From Phoronis australis (lineage: Eukaryota > Animalia > Phoronida): a DNA stretch of 64,000 bases. The stretch spans positions 572,102-636,101 of the forward strand of contig NMRA01000093.1 in the NCBI GenBank assembly GCA_002633005.1, written 5' to 3'. How positions within the stretch are numbered: the first letter of the stretch is position 1; each line of letters opens with the position of its first letter. Below, one piece after another: positions 13,401 through 28,400 of this stretch. Position numbers and translations under genes: made by a program. Under the pieces are notes generated by a model. The model saw nothing but the letters and a program-made list of their open reading frames with translations. It was not told where the DNA came from and searched no databases.

Positions 13401-16400
13401 GTGCCACCGGCGACGTCGAACCAGATCCATCTTGCGTTCCTTGGAGTGAAACTTCATGTTGAACAGGGCAGCATATTCCCAGCCCTCTGACAAGGAGATT
13501 TCAGTCTTGCGCTACCAAAGTAAAAAACTACCACTGATATGGCTGCGTAATAATCACCATTCATCATTCATACTTAAAAATAAATATTTCAGCACCAACG
13601 CAGCAGCTTTAACTGAAACATGATTGTGACCACAGAGGGAGACACTGTGGCTTAGTGGTATGAGCTTCGGAATCCCGTTTGGGAGACCCGGCTTCAAATC
13701 CTGGCTTTACTGGATCACAATCCAGCATTGCACAATGGTGTCTCCTACTCCTCTGAGCTCGGTCTTAGTAGTGAAGGTATGCAAGGGAGTGAATGAGGAC
13801 CTGGATATAATGCAAAAGCGATTTCCGGGGCAGTAAAAAAATCAAAATAAAAAAAATAAAAAGCAGAGGTGACTGGTGAAGAAACGTTTTTAATACCTGA
13901 TGTACGGAATGACCTAAAAGTTAAGAAGTGCTGTCACTCTAAAACATGCAGTGTTATGGAGCCTAACTGCCATTCTAGATGATTGAAGCAAGACAGGTCC
14001 AAATAAGTGTATTCTGCTAAACTAAGCATTCTGACAAAAAACCTTGAAATGGTTTCAAATGGTTGCAAAATCGGCATTAGATTGGTTCACTAAGTGCTTC
14101 GCAATCTTTCTGAGACATTTCTTCAACAATGATTAATATGAGGTTGTAATTTAAATAAATGACCGAAAAGTAACAAATCCGTTCCATAAACATTAAACAG
14201 TCATCTCCATAAAATTGGTTGTCACTTTGTGGGCACCACAGCAGGCACACACAAAGTCCGTTTTTTGCAGCTGACCACAAATCAGCACCCATTAGAGTGG
14301 TTGGCTTTGTAAGCTTTTGATCACAATACCTTTTTTTTCAACAAACCACACAGTGGTCCCGGATTTTAAGAATAAGTTTGAAGCCTGTTATTCAGTGACA
14401 AGAAAATTATGGCCCGTTTTCGTTGTTCCAGCCACAGTCTCATGATTGAAGAAGGCAGGCACTTGAATTTGGATAGGCAAACAGAGGGTGTCCCTTCTGC
14501 CCCAGTGTTGTGGAAGACGAGTACCATTTCCTTCTAAGCTGTGATAAATATTCTGAACTGAGAGCAAATTACCTTGCAGCGTACTACTGGAATTTTCCAT
14601 CTTTTTTCAATTTCAATAGATTAATGTCAACAAGTGACGATGCTAAATTAGTATGTAATGTATTTTATGCTTTTCGTCTCCGTGACAGCTTGCTGCACTC
14701 ACAAGTAGTTACATGTTCTTTTGTACAGTGGGCCTGTGGCCATTATTACAGAAATAAATTGGTTGGTTCTCAACATGCAGGGCATTTGATTAGTTGATCA
14801 TCGTCACCCTGTGCTAGTTCTAAGGATTAGTAAGTTATAAGTCTACAGGAGCAAGCATGTTGGATCTATAGCAGAAATATGGGATTGTCATCGCAAAAAG
14901 TTACAAATAAATCCTGCACGTTGCAACACACGGAGCAGTTGAAGAGAAAACTGAAGGAAACTCCTTGGACTAAACAAAACCCATAAAGTAAGTCGCCGAA
15001 AGGGAAGTTGCTGGTAAACAGATTTCAATTCGACTTGTACTGGTTTGTAGTGAATCTTTGACTCAGTAAGAGATTTACGTTACTTTATAAAGTAGACAAT
15101 TACCAGCTGGGAGTATAATGCAGCATGTCCACAAAATTGTAAAAAATATTCAATTTTCACTAAATTTCGTCCACTTAACCCTCTGGTGATACATTTTCTT
15201 CCATTTAATTCTCATCTGTCCGACCGGTGATAAGCTTCACCATCAACTGATATGACATGCACACACACACACCATGCTCTTGACTTAACTCTTGCGGATA
15301 TTAGAAAGGCGGCTAGATGGCGTTGGTGTGTTCAATTAAGTGGACAAAAGAAGTATTACCAAAGCATGTGTGCACCCAGGGGGGCATGGGAGCTCGAATG
15401 AGCCCCCCCCATTTGATGAAGTGGGCAAAAAGGTCCGCGTCAGAGCAACAAAAAGTCCGAAAAAGTAGAAAACGATACATAAGTCTTCTAAAAAGGCAGG
15501 AATTCGGCGGATGCACAATTCATAGCCCCGAACGCACCCAGTTATTTTCTTTCCTTTAGTAAAAAGTCCACAATCTCAAAAATTTGTGCCCCCCAAACGT
15601 TTTAGGCTGGGTGCGCACATGCACAGTGTACACATGACTTACACAATGTGTAACTCTAAAACTATATTCCATGCTTTTCCTGTGCTAGTTATGGTTTCTA
15701 AGTGCAAAATGAGCGCTTTTGACTTGAATCAAGGCAAAAACAAAATGTTTTAATACCAACATAGACACAAATGCAGGTTGAGTGCTTCTTTGTGCAGTCA
15801 TATGTCAAGGGTAAGTTTGTGACAATTCAGCAATGAAATGTGAAGCGTTTCAATATTTCAATAAAATTAATGTGCCTGTGTTTCGTTGTTTCAATATTGT
15901 AGTAATGTGCCTGTGTTTTGATGTTTCAATATTGTAATAATGTGCGTGTTCTGATGTAAAAACTGTAACCGTGTGTCTGTTTTTAGGTTAATAACTTTCA
16001 ATGTTGCCATAAAGTGACTGTGTTTTGACGTAATAATGCACCCGTGTTTTGATGTTTCACTATTGTAATAAATGCGCATGTGTTTTGACATTTCAATAAA
16101 TGCGTCTGTTTTGATGCTTCAGTATTGTAATAATGCGCCAGTATTTTGATGTTCCAATACTGTAATAATGCGCATGTGTTTTGATGTTTCAATATTGTAA
16201 TAATGCGCCTGTGTTCTGATGTTCCAATACTGTAATAATGCGCCTGTGTTTTGACGCTTCAGTATTGTAATAATGCGCTAGTGTTTTGATGTTTCAATAT
16301 TGTAATAATGCGCCTGTGTTTTGATGTTTCAATATTGTAATAATGCGCCTGTGTTTTGATGTTTCAATGTTGTAATAATGCACTTGTGTCTTGATGTTTC

Positions 16401-19400
16401 AATATAAAATTGTAATAATGCACCTGTGGTTTGATGTTTCAATATTGTAATAATGCGCCTGTGTTTTGACGTCTTAATATTGTAATAATGCGCCTGTCTT
16501 GATGTTTCAATATTGTAATAATGCGCCTGTGTTATGATGTTTCAATATTGTAATAATGCGCCTGTGTTTTGATGTTTCATGCGCCTACTGACTACCTGCT
16601 TCTCCAGCTCTTTCTTGCTTAACTGTAACATATGCATAAATTGACAACAGGTGGAGCAGTCACAAAAAATACATTAAGGTATATTGTAAAAAAAAAAGAA
16701 AAAAAGATGGGGATATCTAACATAGCCGAGATGAATTATTTAATACATCTATGCAGCAATATTTAATTTTTTCTTATATAGCGTATTCATACAAAATGAT
16801 GATCATATGAACATCAATTTCCAACATGTGTCTCATTTCGCCCAGTTTAGCTGGCTAAAAAACAAAAATCAATTCAGAATTTCGGTTCTCGTTTAAATTG
16901 ACCTCATGAAATTCCTAAACGTGACAGGGTTCTATTTCCATGACCAACAACAACATTAAAGCCATCTGCAAGTGAAACTGGTCAACTGCAAAACTGAAGT
17001 CAAAAACGCGCATGCATTTCCTGATTAGAGTTGGTAATAGAAATGGAATCTCCTAATGGTAATTGGACAAAACTGACTCGATTTTCAATTTTTGCCAGCT
17101 TAACTGGGTGACATGCAGCTTAAAGTGGCATTTACCAATGTCGTCTCAATACCCCCAAAGAATGCAGTAAAATTTGAATAGGAGAACGCATCGTGTGTCC
17201 ACCAAACATCCAACAATGGCCTCACAGCCATCATCACCCGTATGACAACAAAGTGGCTAAAGTATCATCATGGCATACCTTTGCAAGGATCTTTTTCTGA
17301 TCCACTTTCAGTTCCCGTGGCCTCACCCATCTCCGTCGACGACACATGTGATAGTTCTTCTCCACTGGACCGTAACCTCCCATGGTGTGCTCCACACAAT
17401 ACTCCCAGCCTGAAACAACAACCAACAGGTGTAAATACAAAGTTACCCAACAACCAACAGCTGTCAGACACAAGCACAAAGTTAGCAACTTAACAACTAG
17501 CATGGGAAAATGTTCCTATTAATTGCCAAAAACTCTAGGAAGACTTTACACAGCAATCCAAATAGATGCAACTTCAATCAGTCCCTTAAACTAAAGTTTA
17601 TGAATTAAAATCAGCAATTCTGTATCCCTTACTATTAAGAAATTAGGACAGCTAAGTTCCACATTGAGAAACATGAACTCATCTGTCAACCTATCTAACC
17701 TTAGGTTAGTGAGTATTAAAGCCAGAAAGTATAATGAACTTTCATCATAACTGACATTTTAAAAAGAATGCCAGAAAAGGACGCCTAAAGCCAGATATTT
17801 CACTAATGACTCCAAGTTATGCAAGTCATAAAATCACATCCAGGGTATGTTTCATGAAAAGTAAATTAAGAGTTGAGACAGAAATTTGATCTTACATTCC
17901 ACACAACTTTTTCAGAGAAACATTATTAAATCTCACTTGAGCTAAGTTACAAAGACTCTGAGAATATACTGTTCGTTACTTTAATTATTATAAATTATTC
18001 CTCGACTATGATGCTCTCATAATTACTTGGCTAAACCAGTAGTGAAGTGAGAGAGCAAGTCAGACCAAATTTCTGTCTAAAGTCTCAATAAGCCACTATA
18101 ATGAAACAGAGCCCGGGCAGACTTCTGACACCTAAACAAGCTCACCATCCTCGTCGACGCCTCTATTCATGTCGACCTGCCAATCATCGCACCAGTTCCA
18201 CCCCTCTGGGAGTGCCGTCTCCTCTTTAGGTGGCACCGCATCTCCTTTCTACAAAAGAATCAATTTATACATGATAAGCAAAGACCTAAGCAACACAGTC
18301 ACTTCGAGGGGAACGTTCCTCCAACATAGTTATGTATGCTCAGTATTACTCTGTTGTGTTCAGGTTAATTCACTCAAACTTTTGTTGCAAAATAAGCATT
18401 GTCAATTTTTCAATGACGGATAACAAGCAAAGCATCTTCTAGATGATAAGTCAAAAACAATGTCAATATTTTGTAATATACACCACAGGTGTTCAAGATA
18501 AACTTTAATTTATATTTCATCGTGCAAATCACACAGAACAAAATGCTTAAATCAGCATGTGTGAAACATCAGAAATCAGGTATATTTGGAACAAAAAAAC
18601 CCTGTGGGTAAGCTACAAATGATTTTTTTATTTTGATGACGGTTAAGTCCTAACAAACACACATTCGGTCACAAAGCCAATGTATTGCTGTCTTTGACGC
18701 ATGAATAACACACTAAATCAAAACAACCTACTGAGTCTGAAGTCAAGCAGCTGTCACTTCTGCCCAAGGGCAAAAATCACTTCTGAGTAACAAACAAACT
18801 GAAACCAATTCAACCCATAAATGATCGAACTCAGAAAATTACCTTTTCTGAAAGAAGACATGACTGTGCACAGCAACCCTAAGGTAGACAACGGTAATTA
18901 ATAGTCAAACGAGTCACAGCGTTCCAACTCACCACGTTCATCCATGACTCAGACAAGCTGCCCCAACGTCCGGCTGGGACTCGCGCCTGGAACTCAAAGA
19001 TGTCCTCCAGGAAGGACTTGTGCCCAGCGTCCTTATCAAAGAGCAGGCTCAGCTCAGGGCTAACGTACCACTCACTGTCCCAGCGCCAGCCTGGGGGTGG
19101 GATGAACATCTCTTTGGGTAGGGGCACCTAGGCAAATAGAAATGACATATAAGGCGACTGAAGGGTCATTAGTCCAGTCTTATCCAAGATGGTCAGAACT
19201 CTGATTTCAATCTGTATGCAGTTCATGTAAGCAATTCATGGAGGTTGTCATCAAGTCGAAATATGAAAAAAATATCAACTTAATGTCAGCTGCAGTGCTT
19301 CACTCTTACAAAGAAATACAGCATTAAGTTTTTTGGAGTAAATTTCATCTTCACAAAAAACAGACAAATATGATTCGAGCTATGATTTTGATCATGTCTC

Positions 19401-22400
19401 AACACTAAATGATTAAAATATGAATAATCCCCAACATTGAAATTAAGATCAAATTCACTTATTAAAATCTCAAATGAATTTTTGTCAATACAACCCATGG
19501 ACAACAGCACCAAACTAGAAAAGAGAGACCTAATCTCATGAGAAAAGGTAAGGAGTCCACTGTCTCACCTTTCCAGTGACATCTGACCACTTGGGGCGCG
19601 TCATGGTCGGACCCTTGTTGGTCCATGTACCCAGAATGCTCACTTGGTTTTCATACTGGAACAGAAGAAGAGAAATGAACAAAAATTAGAGGCTGTTTAA
19701 AGGTGCACTGAAGCTCGGTTTTTAACAAAACACATAGCACTTCAACTGTAACGTTTAAACAAATTGTCGGGCAAATACTTCTGGGATTATTCCATGTGAC
19801 AGCAAATTTATGGTAGAAAAGGGACAATCCTTGGTATATCCCATTCCTACTGCACAGGACAGTGTCCAGTAGACGTCTTACGGTTTCAGCAAAGACAGCC
19901 AGGTCGCCCTCAGTCTGCATGTGGTGCCACTCCATTTCATGTTTTTCCAGTCCCAGCCAGACCTTGAGACGCAACAGGGCGGGAACCTCAGACAGACCCT
20001 CCTTCTCGGCCTTGTTGCCAGGATACTGAAGGAGAAAATGACAGAGCGTGATTTCAAGCAACATTGAACAAGTCAGGAACTGGGCAGGCACAAAAGTTGG
20101 ACATAAAAATGTAAAGAATCAAACCAAAATTTTAGTACCTATAGACTGCAAAAATTCCATAGAATACCTGACGACAAATAAATCTGAAAGATTTTCTGCT
20201 TCATTAAATCTTAAAGAAGCAGAGAAAATTATGCTCCTCAGAGAACCAAACACTAACAGATTGCAAACAACGTGAACGTTCTTTTCCTCAAAATTAGAGA
20301 GTTCTAAATTATCCAATCTATTTGCTAAATAAAATGAAAGGAACGTGAAATATACCTTGAGGTCGAGCGACTGCAGTTTACCACACAACCTGCCGCAGTA
20401 GTCAGCCTGTGGTGAGTAGAGCACTTCATTGGCTGGGATTCTGTGGTAAGCGATCCTCTTGTCACCACTGATCATCCATATAATCACATCAGGCATACTG
20501 TTCTGTGGCTATAGTGGAAAAGTAATGGTGTGTGACAATAGAGTCACCGTGCAACAACAGATCTCAATAATGAAGACACTGCCAAGACAAGGCAGTACAT
20601 GGTGCATTTAGGAGATCAACTTGGCAGCATCTAGAGCAACATAAAGCACTTCTCACTTTTAGCTCACTTAGTTATCATTTTGAAGATACCAAAATCCTCA
20701 TGAACACACCATTTTTCTGTGGTGCCATCTCATTTGGTCATATTCTACAGTTCGTCCCCACCAGTAACACACCTATTACTCTGGTCATGCCACCAGGTAA
20801 CAAACTTTAGGGAACAAACAACAGAATATGACTAACAGAGGGGCCAGTGTATGAAAACTGTCAAAAGCCCTTTGACATCACTAAATGATCACTGTCTTGA
20901 GAGAGCAAGCAGCACAGGCAAAATATTGCTGACACCCACTTGTACCGTTAAATCAATACAAGAACTTACCTCCACAGTCATCGTCTTGAGAATGGTGAGG
21001 AAACCACTGATGTCCGACAGAGCAGCCTCAATGTCGGTGGCGCTCTCTTGCAGATTCTTAGCCTCCTCCACTAAGTTCTCCAGTTCGGAGGCACGGTATT
21101 CACGCATCTTGATATCCAGTTCGGACTCCACGTGCTGACCATGTATGGGCATGGGCAGAGGTTTTCTGTACAGAAGTGAAACTTATGTTATGGCATTTAG
21201 AAAAATTCGATCAAACCAGGATACTTGGCATACTTTACATTTTCCGCAAATCCAATAGTCTTCATTTATGACTTATTCAAGTAGGAATAATGAAAAGCTT
21301 TTGCAACAAAAAATTTAAGGTATTTTTAAAAAAATTGTTAACATTAATTTAAAAATTAAAAGCAAATGTAAGAGTGCATAATTATAGCAAAAATCAATTT
21401 TTAAAATGCTAATGCCCACACTTTCTCAAAATAGTGTCTGATGGCAGCTATGACACAGTTTAATAAATAATTGACAAAGCATTTATTTGGTGCACATTTT
21501 CTCAATATGTGAAAAAAAATAAATTTCACTTATAGCGTCCTCCATATTGTGTCTTAAGTAGATGAGATTTTACAATACACCTTAGCGAATGAGCACACAC
21601 TACAACTGAATGAGAGCACACTACAACTGAATGAGTACACATGACAACTGAATGAGTGCACCCGACAAATGAATGAGTGCACACTACAAATGAATGAGTG
21701 CACACTACAAATGAATGATTGCACACTACAACTGAATGAGTGTACACTACAAATGAATCGGTGAAACCTTACTTGCAGTCGGTGACTAGTTGCTGCAGCA
21801 GCGCTATCAGTAGCTGTGCAAGGTCCTGGATGGGTAGGTTGGCCTTCATACCTATCTTGATGTTCTCAATGTTGCATGTCTACAATTGATACACATCATG
21901 ATGAGTGAGTTTAGGACAGTGAATCAGGACTTTGAACCAGGACCGCAGTCTGTGGGCCAAGACCGTGGACCAGGATTGTGGACCAGAACTGTGGACCAGG
22001 AACGTGGATCAGAATGTGGACCAGAACGTGGACCAGGACCATGGACCAGGATCGTGTACCAGGCCTGTGAACCAGCACAGTGAACCAGGACTGTGAACCA
22101 GGACTGTGAACCAGGATAGTGAACCAGGACTGTGAACCAGGACCAAGGACAGTGAACCAGGACTGTGAACAAGGACTGTGAACCAGGACTGGACAAGGAT
22201 CGTGGGTCAGGACCATGGACCAAGACAGTGGACCATGACTTTGGATCAGGACCATTGACCAAGACTGAGGACCAGGACTATGACCAGGACTGTAGACCAG
22301 GATTGCGAACCCGTTTTTCACGAAGCTATGAACACAAAATTTTAAGTCTGGTCTGCAAGCCTCCTCTCATCATGTGACATAATGAATATTTCTATTCATA

Positions 22401-25400
22401 TAGCTATGAGTACGATATATATTTTCATAAAAAAATGCTAGGTCTGTAGGTCATAAGCAAAACCATAACAACTACAGAAATTTCAGAGTACTTCTTGCAA
22501 CTTATGAATACATTTCTACGCAGTCGCACAATGAAGCTTATCGCCATTCTGTGTTTTCATGTAAGGACCTAACAAGAAAGCTTTAAAGCTCTTCAGAATT
22601 AATGACGACGACCATTCTTGCATAATTCAGCAGTAAATTGTAAAGTATCACTTTGTTTCAAACAAGAATACACGTTCTTACCAATCTATCGGTAATTCTT
22701 TGCAGAAGATTCAAAGCTTCCAGCCTGAAGCTGATGTCCTCCCAGGAGCAATCAACGACAGCACAAGGCTTGGTCTCTCCCCATGGCAGGAAATAGTAAT
22801 AGTTGCCATCAAACACAGCATTGGTAGGCTGAGTGGTAGAAGAGCACGGCGGTACATTCTCATCCAGTTTATTGCCATAGTTACCTGGAATATAATTGGC
22901 AGTTTACCATACTTTCCCTCGGCCATCATACAAATGTAGCCGTAAAGCCACAAAGGCATCCATCTTAAAAACTTATAAATGTCTTCAAAGACAATTTAAT
23001 CAAGTTCCCGTTTGGCACGCAGCTTTTGCTAATATGGTATGATTCAGGTGATCATTGATCACTTCTGTGACTAAGCCTCCCAGCACTTGAATAAAACTTG
23101 AACTTTAAACCTTGACTTTGAGGTTGTCTGTGGCTTTAACTAAATAGTACACAAATGTTAATTGAAAATCGCAAACCAAAATACGTTGTGAGTCTTCATG
23201 AAGAAGTGATCCAAAAAACACCTGCACAATGCATTGCGGAGTTTCAATCCAACAGCACACCCACCTATACTGACTTCAAACTCTACCGGAGCATCAATGG
23301 CAGTCACCATGGAGGCATCAAGGAAGGCAGCGTGCAGTTTATACTTGCGACGACGAATGTACTTCTGTACTTTGAGGATATCATCATTGCTGATGTCCTC
23401 GACGTCTTCGAGAGGATGTTCACCAAGGACGGTGCTGATTTCCATTAATACACGCCCTCTGTAGGCACAACCCTCTCCCTAATGGTGTCAAACAGTTTAC
23501 GGTTATGAGATGCATTAAATGCCAAGCTGGCTGTAAATACCATAGATACAAGTGTTACTTTCCGTGCGAGCATGAGATAACTAATGTCTGAGCATTTCTC
23601 TTCGTTCATTGGAGACATTTCCTTCCTACTTTAGAAACAAATTTTCTCGTTCATCATTAGATCCTGACCTAATTGTTACTCAATAAGCAGAAACGGAATC
23701 AACATTTGCTGAGCAAAGTTTGTTTCATGCCATGCACCTAATACGTTGAAAAGTCATTTTACACAGCACAGAAACATGACCTCAGTATCCTCATGAATTA
23801 GATTAAACCATTTTGATAGCTTAGGGGAGTTAAAAGTGGGTTGGAACAGGAAGAAGACATATCAACGAACATTTTGAATTTCTACAACCTACAACTTATG
23901 ATAGACTAGGAGTTGCTTTTGCGTCACAACAAACACAACGCATTAGCAGGTGGCGATTCAGACGGCTTCAAAGGGTTCAGTGGCCGGTTGCATAAAACAG
24001 TCCCAAATAGGGACTCAACCGAATTTCCCTAAATCTACTGCGTATTTGCAGACTTGTGAAAACACAGATTGTCCTATCTTATGCTGTTTGAGTATCATTA
24101 CTATAATACCAATTTTTGACCTTTGATACAAATTAAGAGTGAATTCCACATTGAATTCTCAATATTATTGAAAATAAGTAGGGATCTTTTCATGCAACAA
24201 CCTTAATTTTAAGGAGTAAGTCCCTAACTGTTTCGATTCGAATTAAGGGCTCAATTTTTAAGAGCTCATACTAAATATAAAATTATATAAAAAAAATTAC
24301 ATCTGTGCCTAAAGAACGAAACAAATACGAAAAAGATTTGTGTTACTTAGTTGAGTCCCTATTTGGGACTGTTTCATGCAACTGGTTACTGAACTCTTTA
24401 CTTGGTCCCTTCTACATTAACACAGGTATCCAAAAGACAGGCTCAAGCTGACAATGGCCGGTTCCCCCGCCTCATTATGATTCTCCATCTGTTTAATTGC
24501 TTCACAAATATCCATTTTCAGTTGATCTCGAGAACATGTTCCCAAAGGATAACATGCAGGTACGTGTTCAATCCTCACCAAATCAGGTGCAACACTGCCA
24601 AGTGAACGTGCAAAGCAACACCAGTGCATGAACGACTAAGACATAAATGACATGAATGAACTTGACATGACAATCTGAGGAAAGGCTAAAATATATTCTC
24701 AAAAAAATAAGTGTATGCAATGAATTCACTATATTCAACTAAAAGCTGAACACAATGCAGAAATTATTTACTTGACAAAAGCATGCTGCACTGTCTAGTT
24801 TGGCACAGGATGGTGTTCCATAGACCCAAGAAACTCCCGAAAACGCAAGATCACACATGACCGTGAGATATCGCCATGCATTACATTAACAAAGCATGTG
24901 ATCACGTTGGCTTTAAAGTGGAATTTGCACGCTAATTCCTTATCCCTATGATTGCTTGGTCAAAGTAGTTAGAAACACAAGATGTAGCGACAATGTGAAT
25001 ATGAAGTACCTTGAAAATTGCAAAGTTTTTAAGAACGAGGTTTGTGTTGAAAATGATCCGAGGCAAATCACACAACAGTGTCCAGTAAGTATCGTGATGG
25101 GGTGTTGGGGAATAACACTTCATGTTGCGGGTTATGTGAGCCCCCAAGGTACGTCACTAGTGCAAAGATCACCTATTTGCAGATTTTTTTGTTTTCACAT
25201 TTACAAGTTGTCAATGAATACAACCATTGCATTTGTTTAGCGTCGATGATGCTCCAATAACATTGTCATTTAATTCCTGCTGTACATTACCATAGTTATG
25301 AGCATGCAAATACATCTTTAATCCTGGAATTCATGCATCAATGGTTACGCAGCCCAGATCAAACAATCCGTGTTGGGATAAGTTCTAACAGAACAAAGAT

Positions 25401-28400
25401 AACATAAAGGGAAAATACAGAAAACCCTTATTTTAAGCCATCAACCGTAATGCAAGCTGTGGGGGATTTGTTAAAGATAGTTAATTCACTATAAGGAAAG
25501 GTACATCTGCACTGTGCCCATACCAGTGTATTACATGTTAACTGTTTCCCTCTACCCGACAACGTTACCATAACGTCTCCCAAACAAGTCTTTCAACCAA
25601 TGACATAAAGCAACAAGCGTTCAACTCATAAGATGCATTGTCAGCATCAGACATGTATTCCTGGACGGACATACACTGAACTTACTTGTCCAAATTCGCT
25701 ATAACTAGCCTAATAAATCATTACAACAAATTTATTCCCACATAAATGACACAGTTCCTGGGATACTGTACAATACAATGGCTAGGCGGTAGAAACTAAC
25801 AACTACTTACAAGTGGCAACAGGCTATAAACACGAGTTCCATCAAACAAGCAAACTGTTGATTTGGATCATTTATTGAAATAAAGTTGGTTTCAGCGTGT
25901 TCCTTGCTTGAATGAGAAGTGATTTTTTGGCTTACAAAGAACTGACAGTTCATTATTCCTTGAGACCAGCAGATGAAATGACCCAACACATAGAGCCTCG
26001 GGTCACAAGCAAAAACAAACTCTGGCAGTTCCTCAAAAGACCTGAAATCGCCTTCAATATTTGACTGAAAAACAATTTGATGACAGTAAGTGACCTCAAT
26101 CAAGAGTTGGTTTTTGTGATGGAAGGTTTATTACACCTTTAACCAGACTAATGTTTTTTATGCTTAAAACATTGTCTGTGACAGGTAATAGACCAACAAA
26201 GAATCAGACAAAATCGCGCGACAACTAATGCCTCAATAACCCAAAACAGGTGAACATTTCAACTCTCATAAACTGTCACACGGTTTTGAAGTGGAACTGT
26301 GACAGCTGACAATCAACCACTGACAATGTATTAAGGATAAACATGTCAGAATGTATATACCTTTCAATAAATCTTTAGGTCAATAAACCTTTAAATACCA
26401 GTACATCTTAATTAACACATCAAAGATGAAATTTGTATTTATTTGATTCCCTCGTTAGGTGTTAGTGAATTAGGCCAACTACATCATTCACTATGTGTCA
26501 GGCAACAACAAAAACTGTGCAGTAAACATGACATTGTCGAAGTTTCTACCAAGAATGTTTACATTCAGGCAATTGAGAGAGGGGACCATTTGGCAACTAA
26601 ATGGTTTCACAACAAGAATGTAACACCAGTATTAGCATCAATAGCAGGACGTCTTCAATTTCAAGACCAAAAGTTTTCCTTTGCACCAATATCTGCATAA
26701 AGACCTTAGTTTTCCATTTCCAAAAAGAGAAAAACCAGTTTTAGCATAATATACACAATTCTTTTTTTTCCATTTTGTTAATAATAAACTTTCATTGCAT
26801 CACTTTTAAATCATGAAAAACAAAAAGCAATCAGGAAATTCTCATTCTTTCTCTGTGGAATTATGATGCAGGACGATTTACCAATAACTTGCTGCACACC
26901 ATGTTTTTTGTTGGAAACAGATTGGTATCACCTTCAAAAAGAATGAGCACGACAAATGCAAAATGAACGTTTTGGTCAATTTTTTGCCAGACTAAGTTGA
27001 ATATTGTCAATTTACGTATTACTAATTAAGTTTTTAAACTTTAGAGTCACAAATCCAGTACGCGGTAGCAAAACAAACCACATGGAAGTCATTGAAAAAA
27101 TTCCAATGGTGACTCATCACATCATAAGGTGAAATGGTTGTGATGCAATATAAGGGAAATCGGGTAATATGCCAGAAGGTTATATCACCGATTTGAGCAG
27201 CCAGGCTGTTATCCGCAAGACAATTAGGACTGGACTGTTCAGGGAAGTACTTTTAGTGAATTAGCAAGAAGCGCTGATCGCAGTGAGTTGCTAACTTCAA
27301 AATATAAACATCTCTTTGCGAAAATATTTCATTGGCAATATTTGCCCTCTACACATCACCCAGTTCTGTCTCACTGCGAAAACAAATAATTGATATTTAT
27401 GCAGAAATCATGTGACAGGGTCACATTTTTATCGAGTATTCAAAAATGGTATTTGTTAAAATCTATCAGAAGAATGAAAAAGTGAAAACGAACATCTTGT
27501 TTTATAAGGCAACTCATCTGAATGCCATCATCTGATGTGTACGGGTTTGAAATCGCATGTCATCGACCGAGTAAAATTTTGTAATTTGCACAGCAAGTTT
27601 GCTGGCCACAGGTGGTTCACCAGAATTGAATAGGGTTACGTGAAATTCATGACCCTTTGCTATAGTGCAACAAGACCAACGGTTTTAATTATTTTTACTC
27701 TTGGCTGCATCATATGTACTTAGCCGAGGAGGCAGTGTGGCCAAATGGGTTGTGTGTACTTTTCACAAGGTCCAGGGTTCAAATCCCACTTGACCCCACT
27801 GCAAGACCCTCAAGTCAGGTCTCTAGTTCCTCAGCTCTGTCTTATTTTCTATATAATGTATATATGCATGTATTAATAAATGAAAATGTATTCAGGTGTT
27901 TGGTGCAATGGGCAGGGTAAGCAGCCTGAGCACGCCTGATGCAACGTGTATCATACCACCATCTATTTCTTACATACCTTTCCGAGGGTACAAATCCCAC
28001 TTGACCCCACAGCTAGACCCTCAAGTCAGGTCTCTAGCTCCTCAACTCCGTCTTATTTGTGTATATGTCTATATGCGTGTATTAATAAATGAAAATGTTT
28101 TCAAGTGCTTGGTACAATGGGCTGGGTAAGCAGCCTGAGCACGCCTGATGCAACGTGTATCACACCTCCTGCACTATTTCTTACATACCTTTCCGAGGTT
28201 AAGGTCTTCGTACTCGTTGGGTAGATCAGAGTACTCCCGTGTGGATCCATACAAGTTCAAATAACACGGGCCGAACACAGGTAAGAAACCTGAACATACA
28301 AACGACAATCAGACAAATGGTAGGCAATAAAACTCACAGAACACGACCAAACATGAACGTTAATATAAACGCATTAAGTAATAATAATACTAAGAGACAT

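Noticed and set aside
13638-13710. tRNA gene
   Set aside because: A and B boxes are present but no clear cloverleaf, and it is followed by a body and A-rich tail, so SINE-like.
15845-16586. CRISPR-like array with about 35-bp periodicity
   Set aside because: Head-to-tail units with no unique spacers, in a eukaryotic intron; it is a minisatellite.
21526-22377. Repetitive ORFs (VVCTHS..., SWFTVLV...)
   Set aside because: Translations of the 21-bp and 13-bp minisatellites.
25811-25823. 13-nt AG-GTAAGT segment
   Set aside because: Not a multiple of 3 and no compensating partner exon.
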